A stretch of DNA of 64,000 bases. Source: an uncultured Planctomycetota bacterium (GTDB lineage Bacteria; Planctomycetota; Planctomycetia; Isosphaerales; Isosphaeraceae). The stretch is taken from the NCBI GenBank assembly GCA_963823665.1, contig CAWGMQ010000004.1:2304001-2368000 (forward strand). The letters are read 5' to 3'. Made by a program: the position numbers and the translations under genes. The notes beneath the pieces are model-generated. The model saw only the letters and a list, made by a program, of their open reading frames with translations. It was not told where the DNA came from and made no database searches. This document shows positions 53,738-64,000 of the stretch, piece after piece (positions within the stretch are counted from its first letter, which is position 1; each line of letters starts with the position of its first letter).

Positions 53738-56111
53738 CTATCCCTTTTTCGGATCGATAACTGTTGGCGGCTCGTACGGAATATGCCAACGGGTAAAGAC
53801 GTGCGCAAGCTTCCCTGTTTTATCGAGCACATCCCAGGCACGGTCGATTGCGGCCCTGAGGTCGCCATCGGACTTGCGCACCGCTGCACTGATCGGAAAA
53901 CGATCCAGCTTTTCCGTACCAGGAAGGGAAACAAGCTTGCCGGGCCATTCCTCGTGGGACAGCCACGCTCCCCGGGTTGAAACCACATAACCGGCAGGTA
54001 ATCGACCTTCTGCAACGGCTTTCAGAATAGCCTCAGTAGTCGGAAACGTCTTCACCATGCGCCCCTTGAGACCCCGCAGTGCTAGACCTTCTTCGATGCC
54101 AATCGGCTCCGAATCCACAAGTGCGCCTCGCCCGGTCTGAATCACTACCTGGTAACTTGCCATATAATATGGCCGCGAGAATTGCACTCGCTGCGCAAAC
54201 CGGTCATCAGGTGTTACACCGAGAAGCACGTCGCAAAGCCCTTTGGATAGCTTCGACGGATAGGAGTCATGCGAGGAATAGGCCCAGTAGACCCGAAGCC
54301 GAACTCCTAACTCCATGGCAAGGAGACGGGCGATCTCATATTCAAACCCCGCCGGCTCGGGGTGAGCCGTCGAGTATGGCATGTTGTTCTGATCCAAACC
54401 TACCACCAACTCACCCGCGGATCTGATGCGGCTCAGTCCTGAATATGCGTGCTTGGAGGTCTGGACGTTCTGCAACTGCGGCTCAATGCCTCGGTCCGCG
54501 ACGGGATGATGAATCGGTTCCAAGTTGCTGTTCAAGGCACTACGCGTGGGCTCAACTGCCGCAGCGTGAAAAGGCAGGTGGTAACGGCGCGAGCAAATGA
54601 TCTACCGTACCATCCTTGATCAAGGCTGCGGTCGCCGCATCAACTTGACGCTTGAGCTCGTGGTCTCCACGGTCCATCGCGATTGCGATGTCCCAGACGT
54701 CGACCGGTACATAATCGGGAACAATCTGGAGGTTCCACTCCGGGGTAGCGTACAAGGTCCAGCCAACATTGGCCCATAGATAGGCATGGTCGATGTCACC
54801 GTCGTTGAGCGCATTGAGTGTGGCAAGTTGGTTGCGGTATAACCTGCGTAGAAACCCCCTCTGCCGCAGCAGGTAATCTGCAACTGAGCCGGCTTCCGTA
54901 CCCAGGCGTTGGGACTTTACCCCCTTGAGCTCTACCAACGACTGGATGTGCGGTCCGTTCTTGCGCTGCACGAGCACATAGCCAGTCCGGTAGTAAGGTT
55001 TCGAGTACAGTAGCTTGCCCGCTAATTCCTCATCATCGGCAACAATATTGGCTGCAATCGCTTCGCCGAAAACCAGATCACATTGGTGTTCGAGGAGCTG
55101 GCCTACGGCGGTCTGGTGCTGCACATCGAGCCATGCAACCTTTAGCTTGAGCTGAAGCCGTTCTGCCACCGCCCTCGCCAGCTCGAGGTCAAATCCTGGC
55201 TGTTCATTCTTCGCGCTGGAATAAGGCAGGTTGGCGGGGTCCATGCTGATCAAGAGCTCGCCTCGCTCGCGAACCTGGTGCCAGGTATCGCGAGCTATTT
55301 CTCGTCGAGCTGGCCCGGAAAACGGCGGATGAAATGGCACTCCGGTGGCATCGTAGATCTGTTGTAATGCCTTCGATTCCGCAAGTTGGCCCAAGGCTTG
55401 GTTGATCTGCACCAGAAGCTGTGCGTCCGTGGCGCGCACTGCAAGGGCCATGTTCCAGCGCTCGCGCGGCACGTAGTCTGCCAGCAGCCGCAAGCTAACT
55501 TCAGGGTGCTCATGTGAGTACCAGGCGGCAAAGTCGGCGTCGACGAATGCAGTGTCGAGACCGGCAGCCGCGAAGCCGCCCAGAAGATCCTCTCGCGACT
55601 TGAACTTGACGACAGAATGGTCTTTCTCCGAGATCGCCACGGTCCCAGCCACGATACCAACCCGTTTGCCCCGGAAATCCGCAAGCGAACCGGAAGTTCG
55701 TGAATTATGTGGAACCACAAGCGCGAACTGGGCGGTTGCATAGGGCACACTCCAGACCACCTCACGGGCCGGTCCTGAGCCCTGCGGTTGCCCGATCACG
55801 ACGTCACAACGACCCGCCGGCAGACAGTTCCATGCGCATTGCGCGCTGGCGCACCAGTGAAATTCAATCGGTCGCCCGAGGATCCTACCCAGTCGTTCTA
55901 TCACAGCAACGTCAAGACCGATGGGCTTGCCGTCTGCCGTCTTGTCCGTTCGTGGCATGGACCTGGGTATGGCGCAGATCGTCAGGACCTTGGACAGGGG
56001 AGCGTGCGCGCCGTCATCGCCAGCATGAGCGGATGCCACAACCAGCGCAGCGCAAATCAATCCTCCTGCGGTTACCACACCAAGCACTTTGCTCGGTCGA
56101 ATTCCAGCCAT
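53738..56111 (-). CDS. Quinoprotein dehydrogenase-associated periplasmic binding protein with three tandem MxaJ/XoxJ-like (SBP family 3) domains; frameshift at ~54587
   Basis: Signal peptide from ATG 56111. Three repeats of [L..(D)..N.PYS...G(F/L)D/E...CD(V/L)..G...S.PY]. Removing one base gives ...DHLLARYHLPFHAAAVEPTRSALNSNLE..., in frame with ORF 53738..54535. Repaired length 790 aa. Confidence 0.8.
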
Positions 56112-56136
56112 TTGGGATTTGGCCCTCGAGCCTTTC

Positions 56137-57978
56137 CTACTTTTCAACTTCCGGGAGGGCAAAGACAAAAAGGGTATTGCCGCGACGGGCGTTGCGCAGC
56201 CACGGAGCCCCATCGCCGATGAATCCGGCTGTCCAGCCTCCCCAGCCCACGCATACGGCGATATATTGCCTGCCGTCCAGGCTGTATGTAATTGGCCCGG
56301 AGTGGTGGCCTGAGCCGCACTGGAAGGTCCAGAGAACCTTACCTGTCTGGGACTCGTAAGCCGTGAAGAACCCTTCCGCATCTCCGGTGAAGACGAGGCC
56401 ACCAGCCGTGCAGAGCACGCCGGCGACCATAGGCGACCGAGCGGCGACATCCCACTTGATCTTACCAGTGGTCGCATCAATTGCCTTGAAGGCACCGGAA
56501 GCCTGATTGTCGATCAGCGTTAGCGAGCTTCCCCAGTACGGTTGCCCCTTGATGAAGAAAGCCTTGCCTGATGTGAACTTGGCGCAGTTGTTGATCACGG
56601 AGACAAACGCAGTGGAACTGGTGGGGTCAAACGCCATGGGGTTCCATTCCTTGCCTCCGGCTGCTCCCGGACATACACGCGCACCGGCTTCCGTTGGCAA
56701 TGCAGCCGGGCTGACAAAAGGCCGACCCGTCTTGGGATCAAGACCATCAACGCCCTTGGTTTTGTCGGTCCAGGTCACTTCGCAAAATGGCTTGCCGTAC
56801 AAGAACTCGCCGTTCTCGCGGTTCAGGCAATAGAAATAACCGTTGCGGTGAGCTTGAATGAGGGCCTTGGTGGGCTTGCCAGCCACGTTGACGTCAACCA
56901 GAAGAGGCTCGTTGACGCCGTCATAGTCCCAGAGGTCATGTGGGCTGTTCTGGAAATGCCATTTATATGAGCCGTCATCTGGATTGAGAGCAAGAATCGA
57001 GCACGTGTAGAGGTTGTCTCCTTTGCGGACCTCGCCGTTAAAGTCAGGCGAGGGATTGCCGATACCCCAGTACAGCGTATTGAGCTCAGGGTCGAACGTC
57101 CCGGTGACCCACGCAGAGCCGCCTCCAGTTAGCCAGGAATTGCCTTCCCAGGTCGTTCGTGCCTTCTGTGCATGCTCCGACTTGTCATCGGCGCCGGGAA
57201 CTGTGAAGAATCGCCACTGTCGTTTGCCGGTCTTGGCATCGTACGCGTCAATAAATCCGCGAATGCCATACTCGGCCCCGCTGATTCCGATGATGATCTT
57301 CCCTTTGACGGCCAGCGGAGCCACAGTTGCACTGTAGGCCATTTTGTAGATGTCGCTGATCTCTTTGCCATCTTCGCCGGCAACAGTGATCGGCATATCC
57401 CACACTTCTTCGCCGGTATTCCGATCAAGGCACACCAGGTGTGCGTCGAGCGTTGCCATGTAGAGCCGGTCACCCCAGGCCGCAAAGCCGCGATTCACAG
57501 CATCACAGCATAGCGCCAGGTTCTGTGGCAGCGATTTCTGGTAATGCCATAGCTGCGAACCTGTCTTGCAGTCAATTGCATAAGCGTGATTCCACGGTGT
57601 CGTCACGTACATGATGCCGTCGATCACCAGTGGCGAGCATTCAAATCCGTCGAGCACACCGGTTTGAAACGTCCAAACCGGGATCAACCCTTTGACATTC
57701 TTGGTATTGATCTGGTTGAGCGAGCTATAGCGATGCGCATTATAGGTCCGGCCGTACATCAACCAATTGGCGTCATTGGCACCCGCTTTGAGCAGATCAT
57801 TTTCATCAACAGCGCCGACCGGCTCCGCCGGCTGTTGGGAATTCCCGTTCGGTCCAAATGCTTGGAGGTGCCCTCCCATGAACACGAGCCAAACGGCGAG
57901 GCAAAGTGAGATGATCAGATAGAGACTATGCACTCGCAGACGTGCGGGCGCGCAGCAGGAGAGGTGCAATGCGCTCAC
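56137..57978 (-). CDS. PQQ-dependent methanol/ethanol-family dehydrogenase, predicted lanthanide-dependent
   Basis: Signal peptide, WLMYGRTY..HRYSSLNQIN, vicinal CCDAVNRG, GAEYG (Glu ligand), GIGNPSP (Asn ligand), PHDLWDYDGVNE (D-x-D), HRNG, CPGAAGGKEW; GGGAG RBS. Confidence 0.93.
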   Translation of the reverse strand: MSALHLSCCAPARLRVHSLYLIISLCLAVWLVFMGGHLQAFGPNGNSQQPAEPVGAVDENDLLKAGANDANWLMYGRTYNAHRYSSLNQINTKNVKGLIPVWTFQTGVLDGFECSPLVIDGIMYVTTPWNHAYAIDCKTGSQLWHYQKSLPQNLALCCDAVNRGFAAWGDRLYMATLDAHLVCLDRNTGEEVWDMPITVAGEDGKEISDIYKMAYSATVAPLAVKGKIIIGISGAEYGIRGFIDAYDAKTGKRQWRFFTVPGADDKSEHAQKARTTWEGNSWLTGGGSAWVTGTFDPELNTLYWGIGNPSPDFNGEVRKGDNLYTCSILALNPDDGSYKWHFQNSPHDLWDYDGVNEPLLVDVNVAGKPTKALIQAHRNGYFYCLNRENGEFLYGKPFCEVTWTDKTKGVDGLDPKTGRPFVSPAALPTEAGARVCPGAAGGKEWNPMAFDPTSSTAFVSVINNCAKFTSGKAFFIKGQPYWGSSLTLIDNQASGAFKAIDATTGKIKWDVAARSPMVAGVLCTAGGLVFTGDAEGFFTAYESQTGKVLWTFQCGSGHHSGPITYSLDGRQYIAVCVGWGGWTAGFIGDGAPWLRNARRGNTLFVFALPEVEK

Positions 57979-58063
57979 GGCGACTCCCTCGCTTCCACAT
58001 CAGGGTGTGTTACGGAATCCCGATCCGCGACCAAGGAATTCCAGCTTGACCCGGCAAATGGCC

Positions 58064-58100
58064 ATCATACTGGCAACATCCTGCCAGTCAAGGAAGTCAA
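58064..58100 (-). promoter_or_regulatory. Sigma70-like promoter with overlapping palindromic operator candidate
   Basis: Minus strand TTGACT (58091-58086), 16 nt, TATGAT (58069-58064). Inverted repeat ACTGGCA-N6-TGCCAGT at 58069-58088. Second TTGACT at 58100-58095. Confidence 0.6.
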
Positions 58101-58232
58101 AACCCGTGGGGAAACATGGTGAAATGCTCGCCAGACCCTGCTCAATGCACTGATCCGGCGCGCGCGTCAGGTGACTTATCGAGTGTTCAACGCGCAGGTC
58201 CGCTGCTTGCCCGTTCCTTGAATGTGAAGCTC

Positions 58233-59477
58233 CTAGCCCCAATATGATTCGCCAGGCGCAAGGTGGGCTTTCACGACATCTGGGTTTAACTCCAGGCCAA
58301 GCCCGGGCCGGTCGAAGAGCGTGATATGACCGTCCTTGATGACACGCTGGTCATGAATAACAACATCGTCCATCCAGTCCCCATGACCCACTACCGTCTC
58401 CGAGGCGAGAAAATCGCGGATCGTACCAGCCCAGTTCGCTGTTGCAATCGTGTGAACGAGGCTGCCGGTATTGTGAGTTGCCATCGGCAGAGAGAATATT
58501 TCGGCGAGGTCGGCAATTCGCTTGGTCTCCAGAAATCCTCCTGTGTTGCGCAAATCCGGGTGGAGAATGTCGCAGCCTTGATTGATGACGAAATCCTTGA
58601 ATCCCTGTCGCCGGCAAAGGTTTTCACCAGTGCAGATCGGAACTTTTGAGCTTGCGACCAGACGGCGCCAGCTTTCGGTGTATTCAACAGGCATTGGGTC
58701 CTCCAGCCACAGCGGTTGAATTGGCTCAATCGCCTCGGCAATCTGGATTGAGGTTCGGAGGTCATACTCCCAGTGGCAGTGGACCATGATGTCGTGGTCC
58801 CAGCCCAGTGCTTCACGACAGTTCTCGAAACCACGGCGAATTCGCGTGATCTCGGTAGTGGTAAGAAGTCGGTTTGAACGATCGCGTGCGGGGTCTGTCC
58901 GCGGATCAGTATGTTCGAATCCGAACTTGTGGATTGTAAAACCGCTTGGATCAGATTTCACACGTGCCGCCCACTCTCGGCATGACGACGGGTCCATCAT
59001 GTCACGTGGAGCTGAGTGATCGTACATGCGAACACGGTCACGAAACTTACCGCCGAGAAGTGTCGTCGTCGGGACTCCTAGCGTCTTCCCTGCCAGGTCC
59101 CACAGCGCCATCTCGATACCGCTTGCGGCGCGGATGAGCATATGCGCCGACCCATCAGTTCGCCATCCGAACCCGGTCATGAGCACATCAATGCCCAGCG
59201 GGTCCTTGCCGATCAAATCCGGCTTCAGTGCCAGGATTCCCTCTTTCACACCTATGCCGGGGCTCCCATAAGCCTCGCCGACGCCGTAAAGTCCTGCATC
59301 GCTCTCAACCTTCACGAGGGTATATGTCCTGGGCCCCTGCAGGATCATCACGTTGATGTCGCGGATTTTGGTCTTTCCCTTTTCTGAGGCAACCATCGCC
59401 CGAAAGTGGGAAAGAAAAGCGGCCCCGGGTAAGAATCCCAGAAATCGCAGGAATTGACGGCGGGACGTGTCTCTCAT
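58233..59477 (-). CDS. Tat-exported mandelate racemase/muconate lactonising (enolase superfamily) enzyme, sugar-acid dehydratase-like
   Basis: SRRQFL Tat motif, [50 protein letters not shown]. Confidence 0.88.
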   Translation of the reverse strand: MRDTSRRQFLRFLGFLPGAAFLSHFRAMVASEKGKTKIRDINVMILQGPRTYTLVKVESDAGLYGVGEAYGSPGIGVKEGILALKPDLIGKDPLGIDVLMTGFGWRTDGSAHMLIRAASGIEMALWDLAGKTLGVPTTTLLGGKFRDRVRMYDHSAPRDMMDPSSCREWAARVKSDPSGFTIHKFGFEHTDPRTDPARDRSNRLLTTTEITRIRRGFENCREALGWDHDIMVHCHWEYDLRTSIQIAEAIEPIQPLWLEDPMPVEYTESWRRLVASSKVPICTGENLCRRQGFKDFVINQGCDILHPDLRNTGGFLETKRIADLAEIFSLPMATHNTGSLVHTIATANWAGTIRDFLASETVVGHGDWMDDVVIHDQRVIKDGHITLFDRPGLGLELNPDVVKAHLAPGESYWG

Positions 59478-59582
59478 AATCTCACCCTTTGCGATATTGT
59501 GCATTTTGGCTCTTGGCTAGAAGGGCTACAACAGACCAACCCAAGGCATCACCCTGGCGACCCACTCACGAGGTTTTCCTCA

Positions 59583-60605
<1,023 letters not shown>

Positions 60606-60609
60606 TAAA

Positions 60610-62346
60610 TCACTCCGAGGTTACACGAAGTTCCGGTGTCCGCGCATAAAGCTCGGCCTCAAGCTCTTGCCGGCGAAGTAACATGTCGCAATACCAAGAA
60701 TGTCGTTTGCGGTAATGGTTCGCGAGCATCCGGTTTTCGGCGACGTAGCAACGTGCGTTTTCACCAATTTGCTGCGTGAACACGGCGTCAGTGATCAATC
60801 CTTCCAGAAACGAGGCAAACTCGTCAGTGGAGCGATAAATCAAACCGGTCTTGCCGTGTTCAATAGTACGCTCGTAAACCGTGGGGCTAGCCAGACACGC
60901 GACCGAGTGTGCAGCACATTCGATGAACTTGAGGTCCGACTTGTGTTCGTTGAAACGCGTTGGCTCAAGCGGCAATAACGCGACGGTTGCCGTGTCCAGA
61001 AGTTCGTGGTACCGCTCATAAGAGCACAATGGTTCAAAGAGTTTGTATGGTGTCGCGAGAGCATCAAAGAACACGCGGTCGTAGACGACTTGAACTCTCA
61101 CCTTGTCTCCGCATCCGCTCAGTACATCGTTGAGCGCGGGCATCAAAAGCGCCCATTCGGCCTCGCGATTCAGGGCGCCGAAGAAGAGAGTCGGCGGTTT
61201 GGGTGAAGGGTCAGCTCTCCGTTCTGATCGCTGCGGTGGCAACGTGGCAACCTGATTCGAAAAAACAGCGACATGCGGATTGAACTCACGAATGGTTTCC
61301 GCCAGTAATTCCGTGGTCGTCTGAACGCAGTGGCAGCATCGCAGGGCCAGAAAGTTTGTCTTCACCATGTCGGCAAAATGCCGCGGATCATCGTCCAGCT
61401 CAGCCACAATCAGGTAACCATTTGCAAGCAGCGCCCGTTGAAGCATCAGGTGATCAGCCACTGGCACAATGACCCTTTGTTCAATGAAGACCTTCTTCTC
61501 GTCGGGCCATGTCTGCTTCAACTCGTCGAACTGGAGCCCAGTTCCAGTTCGGATACGAAGTCCTGGTATGGTGGCCAGGAACTGGAGAGGTTCTCTGACG
61601 CGTACATCGCTCGCGAGCGCCGAGCCAATCAGCGTCCAGATCAGCATCCTTGTTGCTGCCTCGGTGGCATGCACCGCCCGAACAAGATACTGAACAGCTC
61701 GCGTTTGCACCTGAAACGAAGCAGGGTCAATGGCCATCGCAGAAAGCACGGGTGCCATTATCTGATAAAAGCGATCCGCCTCTGCACCTGGCCACCATCG
61801 TGGCTGAATATCGAAGACTCGCAAACCCGCCTTGGCAAAAAGGTTTTGAATCCCCGAGCGGGTGAAGAATCGCAGATGAGTCTTGTCCAGGAGTCCTTCG
61901 TCTTGATAATCCCACTGTCCACGCAACAAGCTGACGATCACCGAGTAATGCTGGACGTTGGGGATACAAGCGAGAACTTGACCCCCTTCGCGAACAAGGC
62001 GAGAAAGTCTCGTCAATGTCGCCCACGGATCAACAAGATGCTCGAGCACGTCGCCGAAGACCAGGCAGTCAATGCTTGGTTGCTCTTCGGATAAGCCAAG
62101 TGTTTCAGGCTCGACTGTCTCCAAATCGTTTTCAATCACCCGGTCCACCTGACCACTCATGCGTGCACTGCAGGCGGCCTCAGCGTGCTTTTCGACGCCG
62201 ATATAGGTCACGCGGGGGTTGATACGCCGATAGGCCTTCGCCAGCGCACCGGCGCCGCAGCCAGCCTCGAGCACGACGGTCGCATCCGGTGGAATCAACC
62301 GTAACAAATCGGCATTGACGCGATTGTAATAGTCTGGAATGGCCAT
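60610..62346 (-). CDS. Class I SAM methyltransferase fused to a GT-B glycosyltransferase domain
   Basis: VLEAGCGAG, GDVLEHLVDPW, GLLDKTHLRFFT; C-terminal ELDD, LLPLEPTRFNEHKSDLKFIE. Confidence 0.85.
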   Translation of the reverse strand: MAIPDYYNRVNADLLRLIPPDATVVLEAGCGAGALAKAYRRINPRVTYIGVEKHAEAACSARMSGQVDRVIENDLETVEPETLGLSEEQPSIDCLVFGDVLEHLVDPWATLTRLSRLVREGGQVLACIPNVQHYSVIVSLLRGQWDYQDEGLLDKTHLRFFTRSGIQNLFAKAGLRVFDIQPRWWPGAEADRFYQIMAPVLSAMAIDPASFQVQTRAVQYLVRAVHATEAATRMLIWTLIGSALASDVRVREPLQFLATIPGLRIRTGTGLQFDELKQTWPDEKKVFIEQRVIVPVADHLMLQRALLANGYLIVAELDDDPRHFADMVKTNFLALRCCHCVQTTTELLAETIREFNPHVAVFSNQVATLPPQRSERRADPSPKPPTLFFGALNREAEWALLMPALNDVLSGCGDKVRVQVVYDRVFFDALATPYKLFEPLCSYERYHELLDTATVALLPLEPTRFNEHKSDLKFIECAAHSVACLASPTVYERTIEHGKTGLIYRSTDEFASFLEGLITDAVFTQQIGENARCYVAENRMLANHYRKRHSWYCDMLLRRQELEAELYARTPELRVTSE

Positions 62347-62511
62347 GAGCCCATTTTGCCTGCGCATTGGCACCGGCAAAAGGACTCATCCAACGGCGCA
62401 CCAAACCTGCTTCATTTACACCAGTTAACTCTCCGGAGTATCTTGGACGTTCGTCAGAGGGTTTGCTCTCGCGCAAAGCAAGAATGTTTTTCAGGATTTT
62501 GAGTCCCGCCA

Positions 62512-64000
62512 ATGCTTCCTGGTCCCGTTTTTAACTTCGAGTTGATGGCCACCGCCCGGCGCAACCGTTTCTATCTGATCCGGGCGTTCTATGCGGCGAT
62601 CCTCTTTTTAATTCTGTGGGCTGTTCATGCGACCTGGACCTCAGAGACCGGTGGTGAGCTGGCAAGTCAGATGGTGCCGTGGTTTGCCTTCTCGACATTC
62701 TGTGCGATCACGATCGGTCAGGAGATCCTGGTGCTGCTTCTGACACCGGCCTTGGTGGCTGGCGTCATTGCCGACGAGAAGCAGCGCAAGACTCTGCATT
62801 ATCTGATGGCAAGCCAGTTGAGCAGTGCCGAAATTGTCCTGGGCAAGCTCTTGGTACGGATGCTCTATGTGGCCGTTCTCCTAGGCGTTAGCTTGCCAGT
62901 CTTGAGTCTACTGGTGCTCCTGGGCGGCATCGACCCGCGACTCGTTCTGCTTTCTGTTGGAGCAACCCTCAGTACAGGCTGGTTCCTGGCATCACTTTCG
63001 ATCTGGGTTTCGACGATTGCCAAGCGAGTTCGCGAGGCATTTTTCATCGCCTTTGGACTGGAATGTCTCTGGCTATGCTCGCCGTTTGTCTTGAGGCGCA
63101 TCCCGATCCCGGCATTACCCCTGTTCAACGAGGCTGCTCACTGGCTTTCCGAGTGGCTTGGCGCTAGTAATCCTATCGAAGTGGTTTGGGAATTGTTTTA
63201 CTCCACAGTCATAACGCGTGGCAGGGGCACGAAATCGGAAGTGGAGACCATAGTCTGGATGATTGGTCTGCAAACCGCGTTCGGGCTCGTCATGTCGATT
63301 GTTGCAGCGTGGCAGTTGCGACCGATTTTTCGCCGCCAGGGCTCAGAGGGCGAAGCGAGGGCGAAATGGGCTCGTTCCTTTCGCAGGAGGAGGCGTACTA
63401 ACCGTGAACTGGCTGCGAACGCGAGAAGTCCAATCGTACGAGAGGTTCAGGCTGCACCAATCAGACAACGACGTCGCCGGCTCTGGCACCGTCCAACCCT
63501 GGGTGAACATCCCATGCTCTGGAAGGAGCTTTATACCGGTCGTCCTGGGGGATTCACCCGGCTCGTCGGATTTATGCTGACGGCGATCGCCGGAGGCGTA
63601 CTTGCCTATAACACCCACTGGCTAGCATCCTTGGCAATCGAGGAGATATGGGAATACGGCCGTAACGCCCCGAGAACCCAGTACCTGGCATGGGGACATC
63701 GTATCGCGTTCATGTGGTTCCTTCGGGGGGTTCTACCGTTAATCTACATCGTCGGCATGCTGGGAGTGGCAGGTGCCGCAGCTGCGGCCTTTACCTCCGA
63801 GCATGAAGAAGACACCTGGGTAAGCTTGACGGCAACCGATCTAACAGGCCGCGAGATTCTGTTCGCGAAGATGGTTGGTGCGATCAAGAGAGCACGCATC
63901 TTCGGTGGCGTGATCGTCTTCCTGGCTGTCCTGGGCGCCCTTCTGGGATCGATCAACCCGCTCTCAATTCCCCTGCTGATCCTGGCACTGGCCGTCTATG
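62512..64000 (+). CDS. ABC-2-type transporter permease with internally duplicated permease domain, 3'-truncated (absent from the ORF track)
   Basis: Reads MLPGPVFNFELMATARR...; TPALVAGVIADEKQRKTLHYLMASQLSSAEIVLGKL, HPMLWKEL, second copy AAAFTSEHEEDTWVSLTATDLTGREILFAK in the same frame. Confidence 0.88.
   Translation, partial: MLPGPVFNFELMATARRNRFYLIRAFYAAILFLILWAVHATWTSETGGELASQMVPWFAFSTFCAITIGQEILVLLLTPALVAGVIADEKQRKTLHYLMASQLSSAEIVLGKLLVRMLYVAVLLGVSLPVLSLLVLLGGIDPRLVLLSVGATLSTGWFLASLSIWVSTIAKRVREAFFIAFGLECLWLCSPFVLRRIPIPALPLFNEAAHWLSEWLGASNPIEVVWELFYSTVITRGRGTKSEVETIVWMIGLQTAFGLVMSIVAAWQLRPIFRRQGSEGEARAKWARSFRRRRRTNRELAANARSPIVREVQAAPIRQRRRRLWHRPTLGEHPMLWKELYTGRPGGFTRLVGFMLTAIAGGVLAYNTHWLASLAIEEIWEYGRNAPRTQYLAWGHRIAFMWFLRGVLPLIYIVGMLGVAGAAAAAFTSEHEEDTWVSLTATDLTGREILFAKMVGAIKRARIFGGVIVFLAVLGALLGSINPLSIPLLILALAVY

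Noticed and set aside
53177..53980. 267-aa plus-strand ORF
   Set aside because: Antisense shadow of the cytochrome and binding-protein genes; no motifs.
56112..56495. N-terminal extension of track ORF 54552..56495
   Set aside because: It overlaps the dehydrogenase 3' end in another frame; the signal-peptide-bearing start is ATG 56111.
57979..58232. Possible pqqA precursor peptide upstream of the dehydrogenase
   Set aside because: No short ORF with the E-x-x-x-Y core was seen; the region is better explained as a promoter.
59454..59504. Apparent head-to-head overlap of the enolase-family and DUF1559 ORFs
   Set aside because: Disappears with the more plausible starts at 59477 and 59583.
61330..62094. 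254-aa plus-strand ORF
   Set aside because: Antisense shadow of the methyltransferase-glycosyltransferase gene.

Overview
64-kb stretch of a Planctomycetota chromosome, most likely Isosphaeraceae-like. The assignment is inferred from lineage-typical families: DUF1549/DUF1553 (PSCyt) protein, DUF1559 prepilin-like protein, LEPR-XLL-type signal, large Ser/Thr kinase-TPR protein and tandem vWA proteins. About 42 genes, mostly housekeeping (guaB, hpt, phoU, larE, surE, glgC, cysteine desulfurase), cell-surface/EPS genes (GT4s, asnB-like amidotransferase, YfhO-like GT-C, deacetylase, GNAT, PEP-CTERM protein) and exported redox proteins. No rRNA, tRNA, CRISPR array or mobile element was recognised. 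About ten single-base frameshifts, nearly all in 2-3 nt runs, split otherwise intact genes and look like long-read errors. Repairing them exposes the most interesting locus (52.9-58.1 kb, minus strand): a PQQ alcohol dehydrogenase with the lanthanide-type W-D-Y-D-G motif, one protein of three tandem MxaJ/XoxJ-like binding domains, and a two-heme hybrid cytochrome c. The locus has a palindrome-overlapped promoter, a Tat-exported enolase-superfamily enzyme upstream, and an orphan plus-strand terminator downstream that suggests an unannotated small RNA. All family calls come from motif recognition by eye, not database searches.
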